A DNA stretch of 64,000 nucleotides from Elusimicrobiota bacterium (GCA_043811535.1 JBDRNC010000018.1:32001-96000), one strand, 5' to 3'. Counted from the stretch's first letter, positions 9,609 through 19,055 are shown. Program-made: numbers and translations. The notes: generated by a model not told the origin, from the letters alone.

Positions 9609-12355
9609 AAAATCTTCTTGTTTGCGCTCTATTAACGCTGTTTACTGCGGACCTGTCCGTAATTGCCGCTCAGAACATAAAGGTCACCGCCTCTTCTTCC
9701 GACAACGCGGAATTCATACCGGAAAAGACGGTTGACGACGACATAAATACCCGCTGGTCCAGCAAGTTTAAGGACAACCAGTGGATAATCATTGACCTTG
9801 GGGTCGAAAAAGAAATTGCCGGCTTGAAGATAGTTTGGGAAACAGCATCCGGGAAAGAATACAGGATATTAGGCTCAAACGACAAAATAAAATGGGAATT
9901 ATTAAAAGAGCAAAAAGACGGGAAGGGTGGTATTGAAATATTGAGTTTCCCCCCCGTGAAAGCAAGTTACGTTAAATTGGAGCTGGTCAAGCGCGCAACC
10001 GAATGGGGGTTCTCTATCTGGGAATGCGCGTTTCTGACAAAACAGGATATTGAAAAGATACCCGCCGGCTATTTGAAAGCGGGGCGTATGCCGTCTACCG
10101 CGACTGTTTTGGAAGAACCTAAACAAACAATAAATGGTTGGGGGTGTGAACCGGTTTTCGAACTTCACGAGGATCAATATAGCAATTTCCTGAGTTTTGA
10201 AAAAGTAAGGGAAACCGTTTATAAAGATCTCGGCGTTACGATAATACGCTTGAATATTCAATGGATTTTTTACGATTCGGCCCGCAACGACGGTTCGTTA
10301 AACACAAAACCTATTGATTGGCTGATAAACAGATTCATTTTGGACGCGCGGAAATACGGAATAACACAATACTTCTATACTATCCCCTCTCCTCCGGAAC
10401 CCTTTAAAACCTATTACACCTGGGTGGCATACGGCGGGCCGGACAAGACCCCGAACAGGTTAATGGAATCAAAAGAGGATAACTTCGTCAAATATATAGT
10501 AGATTTTTTAAAATACGTTGAGAGCAAGGGCGGCGGTTTGCCCGTCGGTCTCGCCATACAAAATGAATTAACTTCAAAATGCGAAGGTCCCGCGGCCGTA
10601 TACAACAGGGAACAATACCAGCGAGTTGCCAAGAAACTCAGGAAAGCCCTGGACAAAAACATGCTCAACAAGGTGTTGATAATCGGGCCGGAGAGCGCGG
10701 ACATAGATGACAATTGGTTAATTCTCGGAGGGATTGACTTACCCGACTTAAAAAATGACAAAGAATTGAATAAAGCAATCGGAGGAATCGCGCATCACAC
10801 GTACGACCAATATGATTTTGGCACGAAAGACCCCGCTTTAATGAAAAGATACAATGACGCGGCTGTAAAGACGGGAAAAGACCTTTGGATGACAGAGTGG
10901 AGCGGCCCGATGGGCAGGGATTGGTTTGAAAAAGTCATTAATGGCTCGCGGCATTTAATCAGGGATCTTGTTTTAATTCAAAACAATTATTACAGCTGGT
11001 TTCTGGGCTGGCAGTATAATGACAAAATCGATCAGAACTATTATGCCCTGACTTATAGCAAGAATAATAATCCAAAAATAACCAAAATGGGCCGCGTTTT
11101 GCAGAAATTGTTCCACAGCGCCCCTCCCGGCTGCGTTGTGAAACATTTGACTACGGACGATCCCGATCTGAAAACCAATGACAGCTACTATATAGACATG
11201 GTCGCGTTTGAAAGCAAGGATTCCATGGTTGTGATGCTGGTGAATCACACCGCAAAAGACAAGGAAATGGAAGTAAAGGGGCTTAAAGGCAAGGGCGTGA
11301 GTGTATATCAGACGACGCAAACGGCGGACATGGCGTTGAAAGACATAAAAGCGGTTAAATCGGGGACAACAAATGTGTCGCTTCCGGCGTACAGCGTGAC
11401 AATACTCGTGACCTCCGCGACATACACCACCGTTCCCCGCCGCGACGCCGCCTATTGGCCGTTTTCCGCGCAATCGCCATGGAACATGTCGATAGGTTCG
11501 GAAGCAATATACGAAAATATTGTCTCGGAAGGATTCAAGGTGACATCCGGCGCCAATATTAACTGTGAGAATTGGTCAATGCCCGTTTACGTCGCCAAGC
11601 CCACTGACCCTTTGAAGAAAATCCTTATGCCCAATTCCACACCTTCAAATCCCACGCTTGTTACCAAGATACCCGATGGCGCTCTTCCTGATAGACAGGC
11701 CGATGCCTCTTTCTTTGTGATCGAAGAGAACCATAGATACGTATATGAGCCTTGTAGAAGCATATTGGACGCCGACGGAAATTACCGTTGCGATGATCTT
11801 GTTACAAACGACCTGCAGGGCGATAATCTCTTTGACACATGGCACGGCAGTCGCGGGTACGGCGGTTCCGGGATAGCCGGTCTTATCCGGAAAGGCGAGT
11901 TGAAAAATGGAATCAGGCACTCTCTTGCTGTCGGGGTAAGACGGGAGGCGCTGAACAAGAATACGCTCAACGGGAAAGCCTATGTCTGGCCGGCTTCGGC
12001 AGCAGATGGCGGCTGGGAAACTACTTACGGCAATACCGGCAACATGCGCATGGGATCGCTCCTGGCAATCCCCCCTTCAGTGGATATCAAGACAATCGGC
12101 GTCGGAACTTCGGGTCCTGCATATGAAGTGGCAAAAGCTTTACAGGATTACGGAGCGTATATTGAGGATTGCATAAACGCGAATATGGCTTTCTACGTCG
12201 AGCCAGCAGCCGCATCCGAACTCGGAAACCTTAGGGAAAAAATGGGAATAATCATCCGGCACCTGCAGGTAATCACGAATAACAGTCCCGAAAGCGTAAA
12301 CGGGGGCGGGACGCCCCGCCGGGAATCGGCTCCTTTGTTTACAAATCTACAATGA
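9599..12355 (+). CDS. Secreted modular glycoside hydrolase: F5/8 (CBM32-like) + GH30-like clan-A domain + uncharacterised C-terminal domain (likely start 9605)
   Basis: Signal peptide; TRWSS..W..IDLG discoidin motif; AIQNE acid/base and WMTEW nucleophile motifs; beta-sandwich; then a WPFS..SPWN..I domain. Confidence 0.72.
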   Translation: MEMKNLLVCALLTLFTADLSVIAAQNIKVTASSSDNAEFIPEKTVDDDINTRWSSKFKDNQWIIIDLGVEKEIAGLKIVWETASGKEYRILGSNDKIKWELLKEQKDGKGGIEILSFPPVKASYVKLELVKRATEWGFSIWECAFLTKQDIEKIPAGYLKAGRMPSTATVLEEPKQTINGWGCEPVFELHEDQYSNFLSFEKVRETVYKDLGVTIIRLNIQWIFYDSARNDGSLNTKPIDWLINRFILDARKYGITQYFYTIPSPPEPFKTYYTWVAYGGPDKTPNRLMESKEDNFVKYIVDFLKYVESKGGGLPVGLAIQNELTSKCEGPAAVYNREQYQRVAKKLRKALDKNMLNKVLIIGPESADIDDNWLILGGIDLPDLKNDKELNKAIGGIAHHTYDQYDFGTKDPALMKRYNDAAVKTGKDLWMTEWSGPMGRDWFEKVINGSRHLIRDLVLIQNNYYSWFLGWQYNDKIDQNYYALTYSKNNNPKITKMGRVLQKLFHSAPPGCVVKHLTTDDPDLKTNDSYYIDMVAFESKDSMVVMLVNHTAKDKEMEVKGLKGKGVSVYQTTQTADMALKDIKAVKSGTTNVSLPAYSVTILVTSATYTTVPRRDAAYWPFSAQSPWNMSIGSEAIYENIVSEGFKVTSGANINCENWSMPVYVAKPTDPLKKILMPNSTPSNPTLVTKIPDGALPDRQADASFFVIEENHRYVYEPCRSILDADGNYRCDDLVTNDLQGDNLFDTWHGSRGYGGSGIAGLIRKGELKNGIRHSLAVGVRREALNKNTLNGKAYVWPASAADGGWETTYGNTGNMRMGSLLAIPPSVDIKTIGVGTSGPAYEVAKALQDYGAYIEDCINANMAFYVEPAAASELGNLREKMGIIIRHLQVITNNSPESVNGGGTPRRESAPLFTNLQ

Positions 12356-12391
12356 AGTATACGTATTAAATAATAGACGGAGGTAAGTGTC

Positions 12392-13066
12392 ATGCTGTTG
12401 AAAACGCTTGCAGTGCTAATGCTATCCATTATATACATCAATAACGTTTCTTATGCGTCCGGAAATCTGCTGAAGAATCCCGGATTTGAGGTCAATTCCG
12501 GTCCCGAATCCAAAGCCGCTCAGAGCTGGACACCGGCGGGAGGCAACGTATTTCACATTTGGGACAATGAATACCACGGGGGTAATTTTTCCTTCAAGTT
12601 CTGGTGGGCCGGCAACGTTGTCCAGTCGCTTCCCGTAGTTCCTGGAAGCGAATACCGGTTTTCCGGATGGCTCTGCAATCCTTTAAGCGAACCTCTGCCG
12701 CCGAAAGGCACAAAATCGGCTTTTTTGAAAATGGAATTCATCTCGGCGGACAAAGGAATCATATGCGTCAAGGAAAGCGAGAGGTTCGACAGGGACAGGG
12801 AAGCCGGAAAGTGGTACCAGTTGAAAGTCAAGGGTTTCGCTCCTCCGAACACGGCCAGGATAAAAGTATCCTTTGAAATGAAAGGCGGCGATGGAGGCGG
12901 AGTCATTATCGGCGATGACATGTCGCTGGAAATACTGCGCACCGTCAAGCCGTCCTCTAAGCTTTATTCGATAAACCTGGAAGGCGACTGGCTTTTCCAA
13001 AAGGGAGATAAACCGGAATGGGCAAAAAGCATTCTCGCCAATTACGAGGAAGAAAAATGGAGGTAA
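12392..13066 (+). pseudogene. CBM4/16-like protein truncated at the start of a GH2-type jelly-roll and fused to a copy of the LacI C-terminus
   Basis: NLLKNPGFE domain followed by INLEGDWLFQKGDKPEWAK (compare KSLQGKWLFKKGDDNTWSK in 13716-17135), then SILANYEEEKW identical to the LacI end. Confidence 0.7.
13022..13061 (+). repeat. 40-bp direct repeat, copy 2
   Basis: GCAAAAAGCATTCTCGCCAATTACGAGGAAGAAAAATGGA; runs into the GGAGGT RBS of the next gene. Confidence 0.95.
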
Positions 13067-13067
13067 C

Positions 13068-13631
13068 ATGTTTAGAAAAGTATTTGCAGTTGCAGGCATG
13101 CTTGTGTTGGTATCGGGTTTATGTGCAGCGGCACAGAATCTATTAAAGAACCCAGATTTTGAGGAAGTAACCTCGAGACAGGAGATCGATGATTGGAGCG
13201 CGATGGGCGGTGACGTATTCGAGACATGGGACAAGGAATTTCACAGCGCTTCTTATTCCGTTAAATTCTGGTGGCAAGGGCGCATAACGCAAAAAGTGGC
13301 TGCGACCCCGGGATCGGAATACGAATTATCCGCGTGGCTTTCAAGCCCTCTCAGCGAACCGCTTGAACAGAACGGGAATAAATTTGCTAAGATTAGAATT
13401 GATTTCCTGGATAAGGATCTCCAGGTTCTCGAAACGGCAAGAAGCTCCAAGTTTGACCATAAGATGGAAGCGGGCAGATGGTTCGAGGTAAAGCTCCGGG
13501 GAATCGCACCCCCAAATACCGCATATGCGGCCGCCATTTTTCAATTTTTTCCCGGCGAAGGGAAAGGCGTGGTACTCGTAGATGATTTAAGGCTAATCAC
13601 CCTAAAAGAAGCAAAAATCAAGCAGCGCTGA
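13068..13631 (+). CDS. Secreted stand-alone carbohydrate-binding (CBM4/16-like) protein
   Basis: Signal peptide; NLLKNPDFE...YSVKFWW...APPN...VDD; paralogous to both neighbours. Confidence 0.7.
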   Translation: MFRKVFAVAGMLVLVSGLCAAAQNLLKNPDFEEVTSRQEIDDWSAMGGDVFETWDKEFHSASYSVKFWWQGRITQKVAATPGSEYELSAWLSSPLSEPLEQNGNKFAKIRIDFLDKDLQVLETARSSKFDHKMEAGRWFEVKLRGIAPPNTAYAAAIFQFFPGEGKGVVLVDDLRLITLKEAKIKQR

Positions 13632-13715
13632 AAGCTTCCGTAGAATCGGAATGGACATAAAGGGAGCGTGAGTTCTGCCGGCTTCTTCTTCCCAATAATC
13701 ACATAAACTGGAGGC

Positions 13716-16700
13716 GTGATGTACAAGGAACAGTTTTTGGCCGTTTTACTGCTTTTGCTTTCGGCGAGTTATTCTTTCAGCTCCGATAATCTTCTGAAAA
13801 ACCCCGGCTTGGAATTTAATGACGGGCAAGGGAGCAAGATAATAGACAGCTGGGAGTTAAAAGGCGGAGATAATCATGAGGTTTGGGAACAAGAGGTTCA
13901 CAGCGGCGAGTATTCGGTTAAATTCTGGTGGGAAGGAACGCTTTCGCAGAAAATACCGGCATCGCCAGGCACCGAGTATTCCCTCTCCGCATGGCTTGTT
14001 AATTCAGAGACTGAGCCGCTTTCCGAGGATGGAAGCAAGTCGGCGGTAATAAAACTGGAATTCTTGACCGGGAATTCAGAGATAGTAGGGACCAAAACAA
14101 GCGAGCCGTTCAACGGCAGCAATCCCGAAGGGAAGTGGTTGAAATACGAGATAAAGGCCCCAGCTCCGCCTAACGCTGTTTCTGTCAGAGCCGTTTTTGA
14201 ATTTCTTACAGGCAAGGGCGGCGGCGTTGTGTGCGCCGACGATCTGGAACTTTCGATTTCCGGCAAGCGCGATTCCAGCAACGTTGAATTCAGTAAAAGC
14301 CTGCAGGGCAAATGGCTTTTCAAGAAGGGCGATGATAATACCTGGTCAAAACCGGATTTCCAGGACAACGGGTGGTCCCCGATAGTGGCGCCGGGTCCAT
14401 GGGAACAAGCTTATCCCGACTATGACGGTTTCGGCTGGTACAGGATACATTTCACCGTCCCACCCGAGATCAAAGGCGACGATCTTTTCCTGCTCTTTGG
14501 CAGGATAGACGACGCGGATGACACATTTTTCAACGGTCATCTAATAGGTTCAACCGGGCGCATGCCCCCGGAATTCCTAAGCGCGTGGAATCTGACGAGA
14601 CAATACACAATCCCTTCCGAAAACATCAACTACGGCGGGGATAATGTCATTGCTGTCAGAGTTTATGACAACATGGGCGACGGCGGCATAATAAGAAGAC
14701 CCTTGAAACTCTTCAATACGGCCGGGCTTACAGAATATATCAGGCAAAATGAACAGAATGACCTGAAACTCGGAGAACCCCTAACATCGGACGAGATAAA
14801 GAAAGCTAAAAGGAAATTAGCGGGTAATAAGGCCTCTCGCATGAAAATGCTCAAGCTACCCAACGGCGGCTGGACTTTCATGACGCCCGAAGGAAAACCG
14901 TTTTACGCGCGCGGCATTGAATACGAGCCGCTGTCTATATACGAAGAGTTCGACCTTGAAGGCATAAAACGCGATATTGACCTTATAAAAGACGCCGGAT
15001 TCAACACTTTTACGGTATGGTGCATGGGTTTCCACGCCAACCAGGGCGCCGGCGGGCAACACCTGACTATAGACGAAATGGTGACACTTACCGAACTTGC
15101 CAGGGATAAAGGGCTTTACATACAGTTCTACCTTAACCTGGACAGGTTCACCCACCTGTTCCCGAAAGCCGTTCTGCCGAACGGCAAAGAGCATCATTTC
15201 GATATCGATTATTTCGATCCCGGATACCGCAAATTCATCAAGAATTTCGCAAAACGCCTCGCATACGCTTTGCTCCCCTACGATAATGTGACCACTATCG
15301 TGCCGTGGGAAGAGAAGTGGGCGATGAACGAAACCATAAGACAGGATGACGAGGATATTTACATTGAGTCCTTTTACGGCTCAAAAAGCGGCAAGGCGGC
15401 CTTCAAGAAATTCCTGACAGAAAGGCATTCAAATATCAAAAAACTCAACAAGGCGTGGGGCACTTCCTACAAAACGGTTGATGAGGCCATAAACGAATCC
15501 CTCCTGCAATACCAGGAAGGGGTCAGGGAAAATGACCGCCGCCAGTATGATATTCTTGAATTCGGCACGGTAATGCTAATTGATTACACCAAGGACTTCG
15601 TAAGCGCTTACAAATCAGTCGACCCGAAAATGCTTTTCCAGATCCGCAACTTTGACCTTTTCGGCCCCATCCGCACGGTGGACCCCCGTTATTCCTTCAT
15701 TGATTCGTTCGGAATAAACCAGTATTCCCTTGGAAATCAGGGCTACGACATCACGCTCAGGGAAGAGATAGTAAAAATGAAGCTCATATCGGGTGTCGTA
15801 GGCAAAGCTGCTTACGTCAGCAATTACGGTTTCAGGCCACTGACCAGAGACGGCGGCACGCACGGGCTCGTCCCCGACGACAGGATAAAGGCCCAGATGG
15901 CGGCTGACTCGCTCGCGCTGTGGTGCTTCCTGCCGGAGTTTGCGGGCGCGAGCTACGCCCAGTACATCCACATGGGATGGGAGGGCCCGTGGGAGATTGT
16001 TGAAAAATTCACGTGGAAACCTCTTCCGATTTACTATTCATTCAAGGCAGTCAACGCCCTACTCGCGAAAAACCAGGAACGGATTGCCGTATCCGATTAC
16101 GACGAGAAACCGCAGGTGTACGTTTTTCAGGGGCTTGACGCGTTCTACGAAATCTACCAGAGGACCTGGCTCGAGCACACTTCAATGAGCTGGGACCTGA
16201 CCGACATGAATCTCAATTACGGCGTCATCTGCGATAACGACAAGTTCTCCCCCGCCGAAAGACCCGTCATCATGGCCAATTTCCACGTTTATGACAAAAA
16301 ACTCGACGGAAAAACTGCGCAGAAACTGATCGACTACTGCGCGAAGGGCGGGACGCTCGTGATTGGCAACCATTTCGGCGTTTTTGACAGGTATTTACAG
16401 CTCAACGAAAGATTAAAATCCCGGCTGGATAAACTTCGAGGAATCAAAATTTCCGTGCTGAAGAAAGGGACGCTTAAAGTAACCGCCGCGAAGGAAAAAT
16501 ACGGCACTCCGGATTTTGAGGTCAAAAACACCTATTACGTCGAAGGCGACGCGGCCACGCTCGCTCCCGGCGCCGAGGTCCTGCTCTATATTAACGTTGC
16601 GGGTAAAAAATCACCCGGCCTCATAAAGAAAAAGTATAAAAAGGGCACGGTATATTACTTCCTGTACAACCCGTACCTGCAGGAGTTCTGGACCGACCCG

Positions 16701-17135
16701 AAAATCGAGAGCAGGACATCTCTCGCGTCGCTGCATTTCCTTTTCAGCGCCATGGGAATAAAACATGATTCCGAAAAACTCGGGAACAGGGGATTTGACC
16801 TGAAGGACGGCAGGATAAATGTCCGCGAAGAGGAAGTGCATCATTTAAACAACAAGGAGTTCGGGAAACTGGGAAAATACAAGGACGAATACGGCGAGGA
16901 CGGCGAGAGATACAGCGGAGGCGTCATAACGGATTACTTCGTTTCATTCCACGGCCGCAAGCTCAACGAAAGGGGCTGGCAGCTGAATTCATCCGAAAAT
17001 ACGTCAATAGCCGCCTGCGTTGACGGAAACGAACTGGATTTCTTCACGACCGACCCGGTTTTGCTCAATATCTCCAAAGACACGCTCAAGACGGAACAAA
17101 ACACGGAAAAGTACAAAATTTATCAGGCAAAATAA
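13716..17135 (+). CDS. Secreted multi-domain glycoside hydrolase: CBM + jelly-roll + GH42/GH5-like TIM barrel + trimerisation-like domain
   Basis: YDGFGWYR, GRIDDADDTFFNG..IG (GH2-type sugar-binding domain); DIDLIKDAGFNT, FKKFL..RH..I..LNKAWGT (GH42-like); L..Y..KGG.LVI. Confidence 0.72.
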   Translation: MMYKEQFLAVLLLLLSASYSFSSDNLLKNPGLEFNDGQGSKIIDSWELKGGDNHEVWEQEVHSGEYSVKFWWEGTLSQKIPASPGTEYSLSAWLVNSETEPLSEDGSKSAVIKLEFLTGNSEIVGTKTSEPFNGSNPEGKWLKYEIKAPAPPNAVSVRAVFEFLTGKGGGVVCADDLELSISGKRDSSNVEFSKSLQGKWLFKKGDDNTWSKPDFQDNGWSPIVAPGPWEQAYPDYDGFGWYRIHFTVPPEIKGDDLFLLFGRIDDADDTFFNGHLIGSTGRMPPEFLSAWNLTRQYTIPSENINYGGDNVIAVRVYDNMGDGGIIRRPLKLFNTAGLTEYIRQNEQNDLKLGEPLTSDEIKKAKRKLAGNKASRMKMLKLPNGGWTFMTPEGKPFYARGIEYEPLSIYEEFDLEGIKRDIDLIKDAGFNTFTVWCMGFHANQGAGGQHLTIDEMVTLTELARDKGLYIQFYLNLDRFTHLFPKAVLPNGKEHHFDIDYFDPGYRKFIKNFAKRLAYALLPYDNVTTIVPWEEKWAMNETIRQDDEDIYIESFYGSKSGKAAFKKFLTERHSNIKKLNKAWGTSYKTVDEAINESLLQYQEGVRENDRRQYDILEFGTVMLIDYTKDFVSAYKSVDPKMLFQIRNFDLFGPIRTVDPRYSFIDSFGINQYSLGNQGYDITLREEIVKMKLISGVVGKAAYVSNYGFRPLTRDGGTHGLVPDDRIKAQMAADSLALWCFLPEFAGASYAQYIHMGWEGPWEIVEKFTWKPLPIYYSFKAVNALLAKNQERIAVSDYDEKPQVYVFQGLDAFYEIYQRTWLEHTSMSWDLTDMNLNYGVICDNDKFSPAERPVIMANFHVYDKKLDGKTAQKLIDYCAKGGTLVIGNHFGVFDRYLQLNERLKSRLDKLRGIKISVLKKGTLKVTAAKEKYGTPDFEVKNTYYVEGDAATLAPGAEVLLYINVAGKKSPGLIKKKYKKGTVYYFLYNPYLQEFWTDPKIESRTSLASLHFLFSAMGIKHDSEKLGNRGFDLKDGRINVREEEVHHLNNKEFGKLGKYKDEYGEDGERYSGGVITDYFVSFHGRKLNERGWQLNSSENTSIAACVDGNELDFFTTDPVLLNISKDTLKTEQNTEKYKIYQAK

Positions 17136-17139
17136 AAAA

Positions 17140-17212
17140 TGGAGCTGATCGGATTTGAACCGACGGCCTCTTCCTTGCCGAGGAAGCGCTCTGCCAACTG
17201 AGCTACAGCCCC
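17140..17212 (-). tRNA. tRNA-Ala(GGC); CCA not encoded; atypical C33
   Basis: GGGGCTGTAGCTCAGTTGGCAGAGCGCTTCCTCGGCAAGGAAGAGGCCGTCGGTTCAAATCCGATCAGCTCCA folds into a full cloverleaf with the G3.U70 Ala determinant. Confidence 0.93.
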
Positions 17213-17283
17213 ACTTAAAAACAGTGATTAGTTATTAGAGATTAGTGATTAAGAACGGCTAAATACGTCTAATAAGTTCACTG

Positions 17284-17312
17284 AGTATATAAAAATATTG
17301 ACTGAAAGTCAA
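17284..17312 (-). promoter_or_regulatory. Sigma70 promoter for tRNA-Ala
   Basis: TTGACT-17bp-TATACT about 70 nt upstream of the tRNA. Confidence 0.7.
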
Positions 17313-17397
17313 TGTGAGGGTATACGGCTATTGAATGCCGGCTGCCCTTTTTTTGTCAGCTAAGCGACGTTGTTACACCCTTCACGAATTATACTAT

Positions 17398-17426
17398 TTG
17401 ACAAAATGCTATTCTTTTCATAGTAT
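17398..17426 (+). promoter_or_regulatory. Sigma70 promoter for 17460-17990
   Basis: TTGACA-17bp-TAGTAT; GGAGG RBS at 17451. Confidence 0.7.
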
Positions 17427-17459
17427 TATATTGAAGCATAATATCCTATAGGAGGACGC

Positions 17460-17990
17460 ATGAACAAAGTACTCGCCGTTTTTATTGCCCTGGCATTATT
17501 TGCATCACTATCCGTGGCCGCTCCTGCCGCTAATTCCGGAGCCGGAAAACTCGGTATCGGGTCTTCGGGAACAACTATCCCGGGCATCGGACTGCGTTAC
17601 TGGATCAGCGCCAAAAACGCATGGGATTTCAACCTTGGATTTCGTTCTGCCAAAGATTCATCTGATATGGGTTTTGGAGCCTCTTTTGTAAATGTCATGA
17701 AACAAACCTCGAACCTTAAGTACCTGTGGCTCGCCGGTCTGCAGTATATCGGCTGCTCAGCCAAAACCGCGGGAGTATCGTCAGATACCACGGATACAAT
17801 TCTTGGCTTCGGACTCGGGGTTGAATACAATTTCACCGAATTGCCCGATCTTTCTTTTAACGCTTTCCTCACGGGCATAGGCATAGACATGGTTAACAGG
17901 CCTGCTACCGCCATCACTCCTTCATCATCCGAAACCGTTTTCGCGTCAGACCCCAAGCTGGGCTTTGCGATAAGATATTACGTGAAATGA
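17460..17990 (+). CDS. Small outer-membrane beta-barrel protein
   Basis: Signal peptide, alternating Gly/aromatic strands, terminal RYYVK; has its own promoter, RBS and terminator. Confidence 0.7.
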   Translation: MNKVLAVFIALALFASLSVAAPAANSGAGKLGIGSSGTTIPGIGLRYWISAKNAWDFNLGFRSAKDSSDMGFGASFVNVMKQTSNLKYLWLAGLQYIGCSAKTAGVSSDTTDTILGFGLGVEYNFTELPDLSFNAFLTGIGIDMVNRPATAITPSSSETVFASDPKLGFAIRYYVK

Positions 17991-18007
17991 CGTTCTGTTA
18001 TGATAAG

Positions 18008-18039
18008 AAAAAGGCAGGGCTTTCGCCCTGCCTTTTTTT
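18008..18039. terminator. Bidirectional intrinsic terminator
   Basis: AAAAA-GGCAGGGC-TTTC-GCCCTGCC-TTTTTTT between convergent genes. Confidence 0.9.
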
Positions 18040-18047
18040 CAACGTTC

Positions 18048-18572
18048 TCACCAGGCGTAGCCGATATTTACCCTCACGCCGCCCCACGTAAAACCGGATA
18101 ATGCCAGCGTATCGTAGCCTATCGTCAGCGAACCCGAGAAATAGCTAAACCCCGTGACAATATCCAGAGCAAAGCCGCCGTCCCATATCCACCTGTGCCC
18201 GACGTTATAATTCACTACAACCGCCGTAACGCCCGTGCTTGCGTCCCCGAGCTTCGCGTTGATAGACACGATTTTTGCCTCAGGCCCCCAGAATACGCCT
18301 TTAAGGGCGTTTTCACGGAAAAATCTGTAGGCAATGCCAGCGCCGACAGCGTCTAGTTTCCAATTACTCAGGGTCCTGTTCCAGAATACGCCTTCAAGCG
18401 ACAAAGATCTATCCCTGTCAACGGCCCACTCGTAGTTGATCGTGGAAGCTCCCCCGATCACGCCGAACGCGTCCATACGCACCAAATGACTTTCAGCCGA
18501 AAAACCAAGACATGGAACCATAACAACCGCCAATACAAAGAACAACAAACGCTTTACCATCATATCCCCCAT
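18048..18572 (-). CDS. Outer-membrane beta-barrel protein (DUF3575-like)
   Basis: Signal peptide; G..YRFF..L.G.FWGP, GHRW, terminal NIGYAW. Confidence 0.7.
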   Translation of the reverse strand: MGDMMVKRLLFFVLAVVMVPCLGFSAESHLVRMDAFGVIGGASTINYEWAVDRDRSLSLEGVFWNRTLSNWKLDAVGAGIAYRFFRENALKGVFWGPEAKIVSINAKLGDASTGVTAVVVNYNVGHRWIWDGGFALDIVTGFSYFSGSLTIGYDTLALSGFTWGGVRVNIGYAW

Positions 18573-18825
18573 TTACGCGTTTTAGCCCGATCACGCGCTT
18601 ATTTTTTGGCGGCCGGGCACCGCCTTCCCTCACTCATCCGCCTGCGCTTAACATGTCATCGACAGACATAACTATTCGCTGTATCGACCCGCCGCGGCGG
18701 GCAGCTTCGGCGGATTACCCATTTATCCGCCAACCGGGGTTGGCGGTTTATATAAAGGTGGGCAAAATAAAAAACCAACCACTCCCCCCTTAAGAGATTG
18801 GTCTATACGTCTAGTCTATGCTTTT

Positions 18826-18854
18826 AGTCTATTAAAATATTTTCAGCTTGTCAA
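18826..18854 (-). promoter_or_regulatory. Sigma70 promoter about 250 nt upstream of 18048-18572
   Basis: TTGACA-17bp-TAGACT. Confidence 0.6.
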
Positions 18855-18857
18855 ATT

Positions 18858-19055
18858 GAGACCATTAAAAAAAGACTTCAATGGTCTCGATTACACGGAT
18901 TATTAACAAAGATTTCACAGATTACGAAAAGAGATTCCACAGATTATTAAAAAAGATTTCACAGATAAAAAACAAAGATTACACGGATATGAAATCTGTG
19001 CAATCATTTGAGAATCGGTGTAATCAGAGACCGCTGGGCCTTTCTCAGCGGTCTC
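18858..19055. repeat. 22-bp-period array of GATT(A/T/C)CAC(A/G)GAT with inverted copies, bracketed by two GAGACC...GGTCTC hairpins
   Basis: Copies start at 18889, 18911, 18933, 18955, 18977; inverted copies at 18994 and 19014; hairpins at 18858-18888 and 19027-19055. Confidence 0.88.

Noticed and set aside
8300..17212. Island integrated at tRNA-Ala carrying the first CAZyme cluster
   Set aside because: The cluster abuts the tRNA 3' end, but I found no duplicated tRNA end at the far side and no integrase.
18640..18690. Integron attI/attC site (GTTAAGC on the minus strand)
   Set aside because: No matching inverse core after the downstream gene and no integron integrase.
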